Assembly: GCA_963794955.1 (NCBI GenBank)
Contig: CAWCGF010000003.1
Coordinates: 262,350-326,349 of the forward strand
Reading direction: 5' to 3'
Length of the DNA stretch: 64,000 bases
DNA from: an uncultured Acidobacteriota bacterium
GTDB taxonomy: Bacteria > Acidobacteriota > Blastocatellia > RBC074
How positions within the stretch are numbered: position 1 is the stretch's first letter; every line of letters starts with the position of its first letter. The position numbers and the translations under genes were made by a program. Shown here piece after piece: positions 31,786 through 41,432 of this stretch. The notes under the pieces are model-generated. The model was not told the DNA's origin. It searched no databases and saw only the letters and a list, made by a program, of their open reading frames with translations.

Positions 31786-33435
31786 CTATTTATTGCGTAA
31801 CGGTTTCTGCCCTTTAAGAGCATCCGGGTCGAAGCGCAACAAATGCTGGATGAATTCTTCGGCCTTGCGAGTTTGACCCTGCGATTGCCAACTTGTGGCC
31901 AAATTGAGCGCCGCTTCACGCAGGCCGGGATTGCGGTTGAGCGCGTCCTGCCAGAGCGTCATTGCGCGGTTGAGATTCCCCCGCGAGGCGTGAATGCTGC
32001 CCGCGTTGACGGTGGCAATGACGCATTGCGGCACGCGTTCAGGCTCAGCCCGCAATGCCATTTCGTAAAGCTTGAGCGCCCGCTCCAAATCGCCCTGGGC
32101 CTGATAAAGAAAGGCAAGGCGCGTCAATAACTCGGCATCAGCAGTGTACGCAGGCAAAGCTTCCTGCAACAAACGCCGTGCCTCGTTGCGGTGCAAAGCC
32201 GCACCGCTCTGCAATGCGAGTTCGGCATAAGCCAGACCCAGACTACGAGCGTCCGACTCGAATCCGGCGAAGGCCATCAGGCGGCGATCAGCCGTTAGAC
32301 CGCTAGCTGCATTCACAGGCGAGCGCGGCTCTCGTTGAATGCTGTGATTGGTCATCACGCCATGCCCGCCATCCACTGTCCCAGCTTTTGGCATATGACA
32401 ACTGATGCAATCCGCCCTGGCAGTATGGCGTTCGTTCGCAGGCAGTGAAGCCGACTGGTGACATGTCAGGCATTTGCCGCGAAAGTAGGCCGTGCGCTCC
32501 TGCTCGGCAGGCACCGAATGCGGCTCGTGACAACTGAGGCACGACATGCGCCCTGCTGACTTTTGCCAGCAACTGCTCTCGGCCAAGTTTTCAACGTGAC
32601 TGTTGACCTTTAATCCAGCTCCGGCCTGCTCGAAAACGAAGTAAGAAACATAATCCGACAGCCGTTCGCCTGGACGATAAAAAGCAAGGCGGCGGCGGGG
32701 CAGTTCGACACGTGCCGCGCCGGACAGATGGCATTGCGCACAAACTGAATCGCGTCGTGCCGCCTCGAGCGAGGCCGGGTTTACCATTTTGGCTTTGCCT
32801 GCTATGTGCAACGAACCGGGACCGTGACAGCGTTCGCAACTGATGCCTGCTTGTTTGAAAGGCGGCTCGGCATAACGATTCAGCGTGCCAAAAATTGGCT
32901 GCGCCTGCGAGGTGTGGCAGTACAGACAATTGGCATCAATCGGACGATTGAGCCGCAGTTCGCGGTCCGCTTCGTAACCCGGTGAAGCGTCCCATTTGTT
33001 GGCCTGCGCGTACCAGGTCACGGGAGCTTGAAAGAGAAAGCGGTCAAGCGCCAGCAGGAAGCTGCGTCCGGCAGCATTCGAGCCGATGAAGTAATGCAAC
33101 TGCCGCCGTCCTTGCAACGCCGCCGCGCCGCTTCGTTGGTACTCCAGCCACACTGCGCCTTTGTCTTTGGTGATGCGATAACGCACACCGGAGGCTTGGT
33201 GGACGAACTCGCCCGTGGCCATTTCGTCTGTCACCACGCCGCTGCTTTGCGCCATTGGCGTTTGGGCGTAGCGGCGCGCGATAGCGGCATGGCATTTGGC
33301 ACAGGCTTCGTTGCCAACATAAGTTGCCGGTTCGTCGGCCTTCATCACGCGCGCCTCGCTGAATTGCCCCGCCAAATACACGGCTAACAGCACGCAGCAA
33401 AGCAGAACAATTTTCAGCGAGTGAAGAAACGTCAT
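31786..33435 (-). CDS. Exported multiheme c-type cytochrome (7 CxxCH) fused to C-terminal TPRs
   Basis: CAKCH, CLYCH, CERCH, CAQCH, CLSCH, CLTCH, CISCH; N-terminal hydrophobic signal; TPR-like helices at the C-terminus. Confidence 0.88.
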   Translation of the reverse strand: MTFLHSLKIVLLCCVLLAVYLAGQFSEARVMKADEPATYVGNEACAKCHAAIARRYAQTPMAQSSGVVTDEMATGEFVHQASGVRYRITKDKGAVWLEYQRSGAAALQGRRQLHYFIGSNAAGRSFLLALDRFLFQAPVTWYAQANKWDASPGYEADRELRLNRPIDANCLYCHTSQAQPIFGTLNRYAEPPFKQAGISCERCHGPGSLHIAGKAKMVNPASLEAARRDSVCAQCHLSGAARVELPRRRLAFYRPGERLSDYVSYFVFEQAGAGLKVNSHVENLAESSCWQKSAGRMSCLSCHEPHSVPAEQERTAYFRGKCLTCHQSASLPANERHTARADCISCHMPKAGTVDGGHGVMTNHSIQREPRSPVNAASGLTADRRLMAFAGFESDARSLGLAYAELALQSGAALHRNEARRLLQEALPAYTADAELLTRLAFLYQAQGDLERALKLYEMALRAEPERVPQCVIATVNAGSIHASRGNLNRAMTLWQDALNRNPGLREAALNLATSWQSQGQTRKAEEFIQHLLRFDPDALKGQKPLRNK

Positions 33436-33451
33436 ATAGAAAACAGATCCA

Positions 33452-34585
33452 TCATCGGCGCAGCGGTGGCGGCTCGGCACGGAATTTCGCCAGATGCTCC
33501 GCCGCCAATTCTTTCTGACCAGTTTTTGAAAAAGCCTTGGCCAGCAAAAAATGAATCTGTCGCGCGGTCGTGCCAACGCCCGGCAATGCTAATGCCTGTT
33601 GCCCGTGTTTGATGGCAGCGGCGTATGCTTGCCGCTCAAGCAGCAGGCGGCCTTTTTCATACTGCGCATCACGCGAATTGGCTTCTGCCAGTAGGGCGCG
33701 ATCAATCAGCTTTTCACTCGCAGCGAATCTGCCAAGCGTGAACAGCAAACGGGCGTAAGCCACCAGCGTGTCGGCAAGGGCTGCGCCTCCGGCCATTTCC
33801 AGTTTCGATGCTTGCTCGTAACCAGCGATTGCCTCCTCTGTCCGCCCCAGTGCTTCATAAGTCAGCGCGAGATAGAAATGCGTTCGCGCCTCGGTGGGCT
33901 GCAACTGCCGCGCCTGTTCGAGCGCGGGCAAGGCGTGCTTGAAATCGTTTTCAACATAACGGCTGAAACCGAGCAGAAAATGAGCCGGCGCGTTATCCGG
34001 TTCGATCTCAATGACGCGCAGCAGGCAAGCAATGGCTACATCATATCGTTCAGCGGCCAGCGCCAGTCGCGCCTTGAGCGTGAGCGCGGCAGTGAGTTTC
34101 GGATTGAGTTTGAGCGCCTGCTCGACCGCCGCCAGCGATTGCTCAAGCTGTTGTTGCTGAAACAGCGCACTGGCTTTTTGATAGGCCTGCGCTGCGGCTT
34201 GTTCCCGCGATTCCTGCGCAGCGACACCACTAGCAAGGGCAAGAGAGCGATTAGCAAACGGATGCGAATTAGGCCGAAAGGCCGCGATCAATATTTTTTG
34301 CGCTGAAGGCGCAGCGGAAATTAGCCGCTGGTGGAGCGTCGCGCAACCACTGGAATCCGGCGCATAAGCCCCGTCAGGGGCCATAAACCGAAGCGTTGGG
34401 CCCGTGCCCCTGTTGGGGCGCAAATATCTCGCTGCCTGATCCGGTGGTGGAGCATAGCGCAACCAGCAGCTAATTTCCAATGTCCCTGTCGGGGCAAAGA
34501 ATGGAAGAGATAGCACCCGGTTGAAAGCCGCAAGGCAAAGCGACAACAGAAACAACTGAGAGGCAGGTTGGAAGATCGCTGTCAT
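33452..34585 (-). CDS. TPR-repeat protein (true start probably below 34316)
   Basis: Repeated A..L.P...A.F.LG TPR patterns; the first ~90 codons of the ORF are occupied by a REP-like element. Confidence 0.75.
   Translation of the reverse strand: MTAIFQPASQLFLLSLCLAAFNRVLSLPFFAPTGTLEISCWLRYAPPPDQAARYLRPNRGTGPTLRFMAPDGAYAPDSSGCATLHQRLISAAPSAQKILIAAFRPNSHPFANRSLALASGVAAQESREQAAAQAYQKASALFQQQQLEQSLAAVEQALKLNPKLTAALTLKARLALAAERYDVAIACLLRVIEIEPDNAPAHFLLGFSRYVENDFKHALPALEQARQLQPTEARTHFYLALTYEALGRTEEAIAGYEQASKLEMAGGAALADTLVAYARLLFTLGRFAASEKLIDRALLAEANSRDAQYEKGRLLLERQAYAAAIKHGQQALALPGVGTTARQIHFLLAKAFSKTGQKELAAEHLAKFRAEPPPLRR
34316..34478. repeat. Composite REP/MITE-like element (163 bp)
   Basis: Terminal IR ggaaattagccgctggt / accagcagctaatttcc (16/17); two ggtggagc..gcgcaacca hairpins and two gcccc...ggggc hairpins inside. 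Confidence 0.7.
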
Positions 34586-36216
34586 TCGAGTTTTCCTCCC
34601 TGTTTCAAGCTGTAATACCTGTCCACCGCGATATTCTCAAAACGGTCAACGCGGCCTTGTTTTCCTGGCCAGCGCACTTCCAGCCAGTCAATTTTTTTCG
34701 CGGCTCCACCACCCAGCAATTCGCGTGGATCGTGTGACGAAAGGTAACTGCCGCCTGCTGTCTTCAAACGGCTGCGGCGCAGGCCTCCGACTGACCAGGT
34801 GAGGCGCGCGCCTACCGCTGCCCCAGGCAAATTCAGGCCGAGCCAGTGATTGCCTGCGCCATTGCGGTTTCGCAGCAACAAAGGAGCCGCGCCGTTGTTG
34901 GCGATGATGACATCGGGCGCGCCGTCGTTATTCAAATCACCGACCGCAAGACCACGCGCTGGATAGCTTTGCGTGAAGGCCGCGCCCGCCGCCGCGCCGA
35001 GGTTGACGAAATCACGACCACGCTTTTCAAAGAGCAAGATCGGTTCTTTGTGTTTGAGCGTTGTATTGATCGTTTCGATCAGATCGTCGGGATGACCGTT
35101 ACATACGATCAAATCCTGGTCGCCATCCAGATCAAAATCGAAGAAGCGCAGGCCCCAACCGCTGTACATTTGTGTCGCCACTCCGATGCCGGTCGCACCT
35201 GCTTCGTCGCTGAAGGACAAAGCGCCGCGATTGCGGTAAAGCGAAAACCGCTCGTGATTGAAATTGGCGACAAACAAGTCTTCGTACCCGTCGCCATCAT
35301 AATCAGCGGCGTCAACGCCCATCCCCGAACGCGCCACGCCGTCGGGGTTATAGGCTACGTCAGCCTCGAAGCCGATTTCCTTAAACGTTCCGTTGGTTTG
35401 ATTGAGAAACAGAAAATTCGGTTCGGAATCGTTGGCGACAAACAGGTCGAGCCAGCCGTCGTTGTTGATGTCGGTCGCCACTGCGCCAAAGGTTTTGCCC
35501 GCGTATTTGCCGATGCCGGAGGCCGCACTGACATCAGTGAACGTTCCCTCGCCATTATTGCGATAAAGGCGGCTCGGCCAGGGATCATAAACGACCGGAT
35601 GGCAGTAATGCCGCACGCCGTTTTGTTCACATTTGCGTTCGAGCGTTTGATTGAACTGCGCGAAATGACCGACAAACAAATCAAGCGTGCCGTTGCCATC
35701 GTAATCGAACCAGACCGCCGCCGTCCATAAGCCCGACGCCTCCAGCCTGGCTTTGCGCGTGACATCGCTAAACGTTCCATTGCCGTTATTGCGATACAAC
35801 ACATTCACGCCATAATTCGTCACCAGCAAATCAACCCAGCCATCGCCATCGTAATCTGCCGCTGCTGCGCCGAGGCCAAAATCACGCCCGCTGACTCCGG
35901 CCTTTTCTGTCACATCGGTGAAGGTGCCATCGTGATTGTTGCGATAGAGCGCGTTGCGCAGCTTCTCTTTTGGCTGAAAGAAATCGCACGGGCCGCTATT
36001 GGGAAAGTACAAATCCATCCAGCCGTCATTGTCGAAATCAAAAATCGCCACGCCCGGCCCCATGGATTCGGGCAGGTAACGTGTCGGCGAAAGCGCATTG
36101 TTGTGCACGAATGAAATACCGCTGCGCGAGGCCGGAACTTCCTCGAACAACGGCCTGCTTTCGCTGTGCCCGAACAGCAACGCCAGCATGAGTAATAAGG
36201 TCTGACTTACAAGCAT
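34582..36216 (-). CDS. CRTAC1 / ASPIC-UnbV family protein with FG-GAP-like Ca-binding repeats
   Basis: Repeated D(F/Y)D.DG..DL motifs, LYRN.G.GTF.DV, C-terminal GGSYLSS and LEVRWP. Confidence 0.9.
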   Translation of the reverse strand: MLVSQTLLLMLALLFGHSESRPLFEEVPASRSGISFVHNNALSPTRYLPESMGPGVAIFDFDNDGWMDLYFPNSGPCDFFQPKEKLRNALYRNNHDGTFTDVTEKAGVSGRDFGLGAAAADYDGDGWVDLLVTNYGVNVLYRNNGNGTFSDVTRKARLEASGLWTAAVWFDYDGNGTLDLFVGHFAQFNQTLERKCEQNGVRHYCHPVVYDPWPSRLYRNNGEGTFTDVSAASGIGKYAGKTFGAVATDINNDGWLDLFVANDSEPNFLFLNQTNGTFKEIGFEADVAYNPDGVARSGMGVDAADYDGDGYEDLFVANFNHERFSLYRNRGALSFSDEAGATGIGVATQMYSGWGLRFFDFDLDGDQDLIVCNGHPDDLIETINTTLKHKEPILLFEKRGRDFVNLGAAAGAAFTQSYPARGLAVGDLNNDGAPDVIIANNGAAPLLLRNRNGAGNHWLGLNLPGAAVGARLTWSVGGLRRSRLKTAGGSYLSSHDPRELLGGGAAKKIDWLEVRWPGKQGRVDRFENIAVDRYYSLKQGGKLE

Positions 36217-36236
36217 TATTGGTAGTAATGAGAAGC

Positions 36237-36277
36237 TGGCGGCGTGGGATCAGAGGGTATCTGGTCCCACGCCGCCA
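36237..36277 (-). promoter_or_regulatory. Intercistronic 18-bp stem-loop between the TonB receptor and CRTAC1 genes
   Basis: tggcggcgtgggatcaga-gggta-tctggtcccacgccgcca (17/18); no U-tract on the minus strand. Confidence 0.65.
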
Positions 36278-36282
36278 ATACG

Positions 36283-39200
36283 TCAGAACCGCAGGCGCAA
36301 GGCGATTTGCCCACTGCGCGGCGCGCTGGCCGTCGTGCCGGGGTCAATGCGCCCGAAACCGGAAATAATGTTTCCGGCGGCGTCACGCCGCTGGGTCGCC
36401 AGCGCATTGCCGTTATCGGGGCCATTCAGCCGGACGCGATTGAGGATGTTGAAAAATTCGGCACGCAACTCGAAACTCATGCGTTCGCCGATTTTCGTGA
36501 TCTTGCCAAAGCTCAGATTCTCGTCATACACCCGCGCGAAACGATAATCTGAGTAATAAGGCGCGGACTGACCGAACGTCCCCGGTGCCGGATCGGCCCA
36601 CGCCGCCGGATTCAGCACGAAGTCCTTGCGCGGATCAATGCAACCACAATTCAGGTCTTTGGTGAAAAGCGGTTGCCCCTCCACACGATTGGCGTAGGTG
36701 CCGCGAAAGAGCAACTGAGCGAGATTATTCTGCCCGTTCGGCACCGGAATCGGTTCGCCGCTGCTATAGCGCAGAATGCCGCTGATGTTCCAACCCGCCA
36801 GCAATGTGCGTGTCAAGCCATTGCGATTGATGAAACCGAAGGCCGGCACTTCGTAACGGAAGTTCGTCACGAAGACATGCGGCTGGTCATTTGGCGAGAG
36901 CGCCTTCAGCGAGGCCCAGTTGAAGACATCGTTGACGCGTGTCGTCGCGCCTCCCTGTTCCACTACGGTCGCCAGGTTCTTCGAGAAAGTGTAAGCGATA
37001 GTGAAATCCAGTCCTTTCGAGAAGCGTTTCGTCACCTTCGCCTGCAACGAGTCGTACCAGACGTTGCCCAACGGCGCGAGGTCTACGTTCAGGGTGCCGA
37101 AGTGAGGGAAAGGACGCAGACTTTGCGCAACCGTCGCCGATAGCGGGAAGCCCGCATAAGGCGCAGCGCCGAACCCGCGTGATTTGGCCAGCGCCGAATC
37201 AAGCCGTGAAGTCAGCAACGTCCGGTCATCGGCCTTTGTCACATCCAGTCCACGCGCCCGCAACATCTCTGGCGTCACGGCGTTGAGGTTGAGCAAGCCG
37301 TTGGCTTCAAACCACACGCCGCGATTGCCGACATAGGCGACCTCTACCACCAGGTTTTTGCCGAGTTCACGTTGTAAATTGATCGCCCAATTGCTGATGC
37401 GGGGCGGACGACCTGCGTTCGCATCGAGGTGAGCGGGCGGTGAGTTCAATTGTCCGATTTGGGGGCGGATGCCGGGGTTCAAATTGACGGCGTATAAATC
37501 TGCCGTGTTATAAGTCAAGCCATTCTTGAATTGAAAAGCCGCGTCACCAAAGGCCGGTGTACTGAACGATTGTGCGTTGAAACCAAAGCCCAGTGCCTGG
37601 CCTGCGCCGAGGTAGCTGAACCCGCTCAATTGTCCGTAAGTAATGCCCCAACCCAGACGCAATACGGTTTTGGGATTGATTGACCAGGCCGCGCCCAAGC
37701 GCGGGCCGAACGCCCAGGGATAGGTTTCGGCAAAGTCACAGTTGCAACGGCCTGGGCCATTGCCGATATACCGCGTCGCGCCTTTCAGTCCGCCCGCCGC
37801 CGGATTCGGAATCGTCGGATCGAACATCGAAAGGCGATCATGCACTTCGTGCAGCGGGTTCTGGAAATCGTAGCGCAAGCCTAGATTTAGCGTCAGTCCA
37901 GAGCGAACTTTCCAGTCGTCCTGCACGAAAGCCGCCCAGGTCGCGCGGCGAAAGCCAACCGAGGTGGGATTGCTGATCGAAGCGTTATCCACCAGACCTA
38001 ACAGGAAGCTGGCATAGTTTGACCCGATAGAACCGCCCCCGATATTCGTGGTGTTCAGATAGGGCAAACCTGTCTGCGCTCCGGCAAAAGCATAAGTGCC
38101 GAGCGCGCCCTGTTGAGCCAGGTTGTTGAAGGTGTCAATGCGGAATTCGCCGCCGAATTTGGTTGAATGGTTGCCGTGACTCCAGGTCATGTTTTCATAG
38201 ACCGTCGGTTTGTCGGCGGTATACAACTGATAATTGGTTGGCCCGATATTATCCGCCGCTCCCAGATTAGTGATGCGTGGAAAGCCTGGCACAAGCGCGC
38301 CACGCAATCCCAGTTGCGTCACTGAATCATAGTCGGTGATCGGCGTGGTGTCAGGGTTGTAATACCGCTGATAACCGATGCCGAAGTGATTGAGCAACGT
38401 CGGGCGCAGGGTGTGGTCGTAGTTGATACGCACCGTCTTGCTGGTGATCGGTTGATCGCGCCGCGCCGAAATTGGATCGGGCAAGCCGTCCTGCCCGTTG
38501 TCCTTGCGCGTGCGCTGCATGCCGAAATAGACCGAAAGCTTCGCGTTGTCAGTGAAGTTGTGGTCTACCTTCCAACTATAAATCTGTTCGATGCGGCGAT
38601 AGCTGAAGCGGCGCTCGAAATTGTTGTTGAGCAGGTTGGCGTATTGCGATTGCACCGCCGGGAATAGGCTTTGGACCTTGACCGCAACGGGATCGAAGCG
38701 CGCTGTCGGAATTTTGTTGCCGGGGAATTGATCACGTACCAACTGACCATTCACCAGGCGCGTCGTCGCCGGGTCATAAATCGCGCCTTCGAGAATGTCG
38801 CGTCCGAGCGTGTCTTTGCCGAGTACGCGCCCCGTCAGCAATTGGCTGAAGTCGCCGTTGCGATAGAGGTTGGTTGGGATGGTGCCGAAGCCATTGAAGC
38901 GATTATCGCGTTGATGATAGACCTCAGTCGAGAAGAAAAAGAAAGTACGATCTGCATCGTAACCAACTGGGCCAAACAGTTTCTTCGGCAATTTGATCGG
39001 GCCGCCGAACGTGCCGCCGAAGTCATGCTGGCGAATCTTGGTTTTCGTTTTTTTGCCCGTCGCGTCAATCGGGGCAAAGGTCGGCGCGGCATTGAGCGCT
39101 TCATTGTTCAGATAATCATAGACCGAGCCATGAAACGCTTTCGTCCCGGAGCGCGCGGTAAAGTTCAGCAAGCCGCCGCCGACTTGGCCGAATTCCGCCG

Positions 39201-39873
39201 AGAAGTTGCTCGATTGCACCGTGAACTCTTCAATGGCATCCAGCGTCGGCTGCAATTCATTGAACAGGCGCGGATCGAGCGCGCTGGTCGAATCCTGCCC
39301 TTCAAAGATCACGCGAAACGTGCCGCGCGGGCTGCCATTGACGCGCACACTGTTCCAGCCTGTGATCGAAGTGCCTGGCGCAAGCGAGAGAAACGACAGC
39401 GGGTTGCGCACGCCATTATTCGCAAAGTTCAGCGGCAACTGATTGACCTTGTCACCATTGAGCACCGTGCTTTGCTCGACCGATTCGGTGCGCAATAACG
39501 AAGCATCCGCCGTCACCGTGACCGTTTCGCTGGCTTCTCCGATTTCCAGCGTCACATCCACGCGCACAGATTGCGCTACCTGTACGGTGACGCCGGTGCG
39601 CAGGTAGGTGCGAAACCCTACTTTTTCAACCCGCAGGCTGTATAAACCTGCCGGAATCGAAGGGATTGTGAAATTGCCCGTATCAGTGCTTTGCGCATTG
39701 AACGTAACCCCCGAAGCAAGATTGGTGGCGACGACTGGCACACCAGGTATGACTGCGCCGCTCTGGTCAGCCACACTTCCGGTAATAGTTCCGCGGTCGC
39801 TTTGCGCCAAGGCTGTGGGAATGGAAAACAACATTGCCATCGCCAAGCCCAGCAGATGGATTCGTGATTTCAT
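36283..39873 (-). CDS. Acidobacterial-type TonB-dependent receptor
   Basis: AQSDRGTITGSVAD, SAEFGQVGGG, YDYLNNEALNA, LNLGLRYD, C-terminal PRSGQIALRLRF. Confidence 0.93.
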   Translation of the reverse strand: MKSRIHLLGLAMAMLFSIPTALAQSDRGTITGSVADQSGAVIPGVPVVATNLASGVTFNAQSTDTGNFTIPSIPAGLYSLRVEKVGFRTYLRTGVTVQVAQSVRVDVTLEIGEASETVTVTADASLLRTESVEQSTVLNGDKVNQLPLNFANNGVRNPLSFLSLAPGTSITGWNSVRVNGSPRGTFRVIFEGQDSTSALDPRLFNELQPTLDAIEEFTVQSSNFSAEFGQVGGGLLNFTARSGTKAFHGSVYDYLNNEALNAAPTFAPIDATGKKTKTKIRQHDFGGTFGGPIKLPKKLFGPVGYDADRTFFFFSTEVYHQRDNRFNGFGTIPTNLYRNGDFSQLLTGRVLGKDTLGRDILEGAIYDPATTRLVNGQLVRDQFPGNKIPTARFDPVAVKVQSLFPAVQSQYANLLNNNFERRFSYRRIEQIYSWKVDHNFTDNAKLSVYFGMQRTRKDNGQDGLPDPISARRDQPITSKTVRINYDHTLRPTLLNHFGIGYQRYYNPDTTPITDYDSVTQLGLRGALVPGFPRITNLGAADNIGPTNYQLYTADKPTVYENMTWSHGNHSTKFGGEFRIDTFNNLAQQGALGTYAFAGAQTGLPYLNTTNIGGGSIGSNYASFLLGLVDNASISNPTSVGFRRATWAAFVQDDWKVRSGLTLNLGLRYDFQNPLHEVHDRLSMFDPTIPNPAAGGLKGATRYIGNGPGRCNCDFAETYPWAFGPRLGAAWSINPKTVLRLGWGITYGQLSGFSYLGAGQALGFGFNAQSFSTPAFGDAAFQFKNGLTYNTADLYAVNLNPGIRPQIGQLNSPPAHLDANAGRPPRISNWAINLQRELGKNLVVEVAYVGNRGVWFEANGLLNLNAVTPEMLRARGLDVTKADDRTLLTSRLDSALAKSRGFGAAPYAGFPLSATVAQSLRPFPHFGTLNVDLAPLGNVWYDSLQAKVTKRFSKGLDFTIAYTFSKNLATVVEQGGATTRVNDVFNWASLKALSPNDQPHVFVTNFRYEVPAFGFINRNGLTRTLLAGWNISGILRYSSGEPIPVPNGQNNLAQLLFRGTYANRVEGQPLFTKDLNCGCIDPRKDFVLNPAAWADPAPGTFGQSAPYYSDYRFARVYDENLSFGKITKIGERMSFELRAEFFNILNRVRLNGPDNGNALATQRRDAAGNIISGFGRIDPGTTASAPRSGQIALRLRF

Positions 39874-39985
39874 AAGGAGCCTCCTGTTTGTTCCTGGAAA
39901 ATCGGCCTACCTGCGTCTATTCGACGAAAGGTTTGGCCAACGGATGTTGATTGATACGCCTTTGGGGGGCGTCGTCTTGTTTGGG

Positions 39986-40345
39986 TTAGGCTAGTAAATC
40001 CTTGATGACGTGACCATGCACATTCGTTAGTCGGCGTTCGAGGCCGTTGTGGTAATACGTCAGCCGGTCGTGATGCAGCCCCATCAGGTGCAGTATCGTC
40101 GCGTTGAAATCGTAAACCTCGACCGGATTGACCACCGCTTTTGCGCCGAACTCATCGCTCTCGCCGTAACTGAAAGCCTTCTTCACGCCTGCTCCGGCAA
40201 GGAAGCAAGTGAAAGCGTCGGGGTTGTGATCGCGCCCCGTACCGTTGCCTTGCAGAAAGGGCATGCGTCCGAACTCAGTGCACCACACCACCAGAGTATG
40301 TTCGAGTAGTCCCCGCTGTTGCAAGTCTGCAATCAATGCCGCCGC
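39986..40345 (-). pseudogene. C-terminal fragment of a DUF1501 gene
   Basis: [42 protein letters not shown]. Confidence 0.85.
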
Positions 40346-41397
40346 GCGAGGATACAATTTTTGGCGTATTCGCGTTTCAGTTCGGTTCCGGTATCAAGGC
40401 CGTATTCTTTGTGAATGGATTCCGGTTCGTTGGCAAGGTCCATCACTTTGGGAACTGACATCTGCATCTTGCCCGCTAGTTTATAACTTGCGATGCGAGC
40501 CGCAAGGTCAGCGTCGCTCGGCTGGCGGTTGAGCAGTAATTGAAAACAACGCTGCACCTGCGCCTGAAAATCAACTGGCGAGGTTTCCTGCACGGCACAT
40601 TGCGCGAGCAGGTTGGCTTGCTCCACGACAAAGTCGCTGTTCATCAGATTGAGCGCCTGCAACGGCGTAGTGGAAACCAGACGCCGGGGGCGAACCTGAC
40701 CGCAATCGGGGAAATCGAAGGCGGTGAAAATCTGGTCGTCCACGCGGCGCATCCGTTCCTGATACAGCATGCGCCGCCACGTTTGCGGGCCATGATTATC
40801 AACCACCTCCCACTGCGCATAGGTTTTTTTGACGTTGTGAATGCGGTAGCCGCGACCGCCAATCGTGAGGTCGAGTTTGCCAGAGGCTTGTAGGACAGCA
40901 TCACGAATGACTTCGGCCTCGACGCGGCGCGGAGCAAAGCGCCACAGCAGCGTGTCCCCGGCGTCCGCTCGCAACCCGTCTTCGCGCGGCGCGCTGGATT
41001 GGCGGAAGGCGTCGGTCATCACGATGCGGCGGATGAGGTCTTTGACGCTCCACGACTTCGCGCCACTGTCCTGCGGTTTCACGAATTCGGCGGCGAGATA
41101 ATCGAGCAATTCGGGATGGCTTGGCAGCGCACCGGCTGGCAGACCGGATGATCCGCCTTTGAGCAGCGCTCCCCGCTGATCCACGCGGAATCCTGATTGT
41201 TGCTTTCCCGTCCCGTGACACTTGCTGCATTTTTCTTCCAAGATTGGACGGATATGCTTCTCAAAATCAACTGTCTGCGTTGTCGTGAAGCTGGTGGCGG
41301 CAACCTCGCGCTGGCTGATTGCGGTCAATGCAAACGCGCACAACGCGCCCATAACGGTGATGAGTTTGAGATGTGATTGAATGACTTTCATAACCAA
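40333..41397 (-). pseudogene. In-frame chimera: signal peptide + planctomycete cytochrome c fragment + DUF1553 fragment + DUF1501 middle fragment
   Basis: VDFEKHIRPILEEKCSKCHG...LLKGG | ALPSHPELLDYLA...WSVKDLIRRIVMTDAFRQSS...AEVIRDAVL...TTPLQALNLMN | DLAARIASYKLAGKMQ...NCILARR. Confidence 0.8.
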
Positions 41398-41432
41398 GCT
41401 TGTTTGCGATATTCCCTATTGAAGGTCACGCG

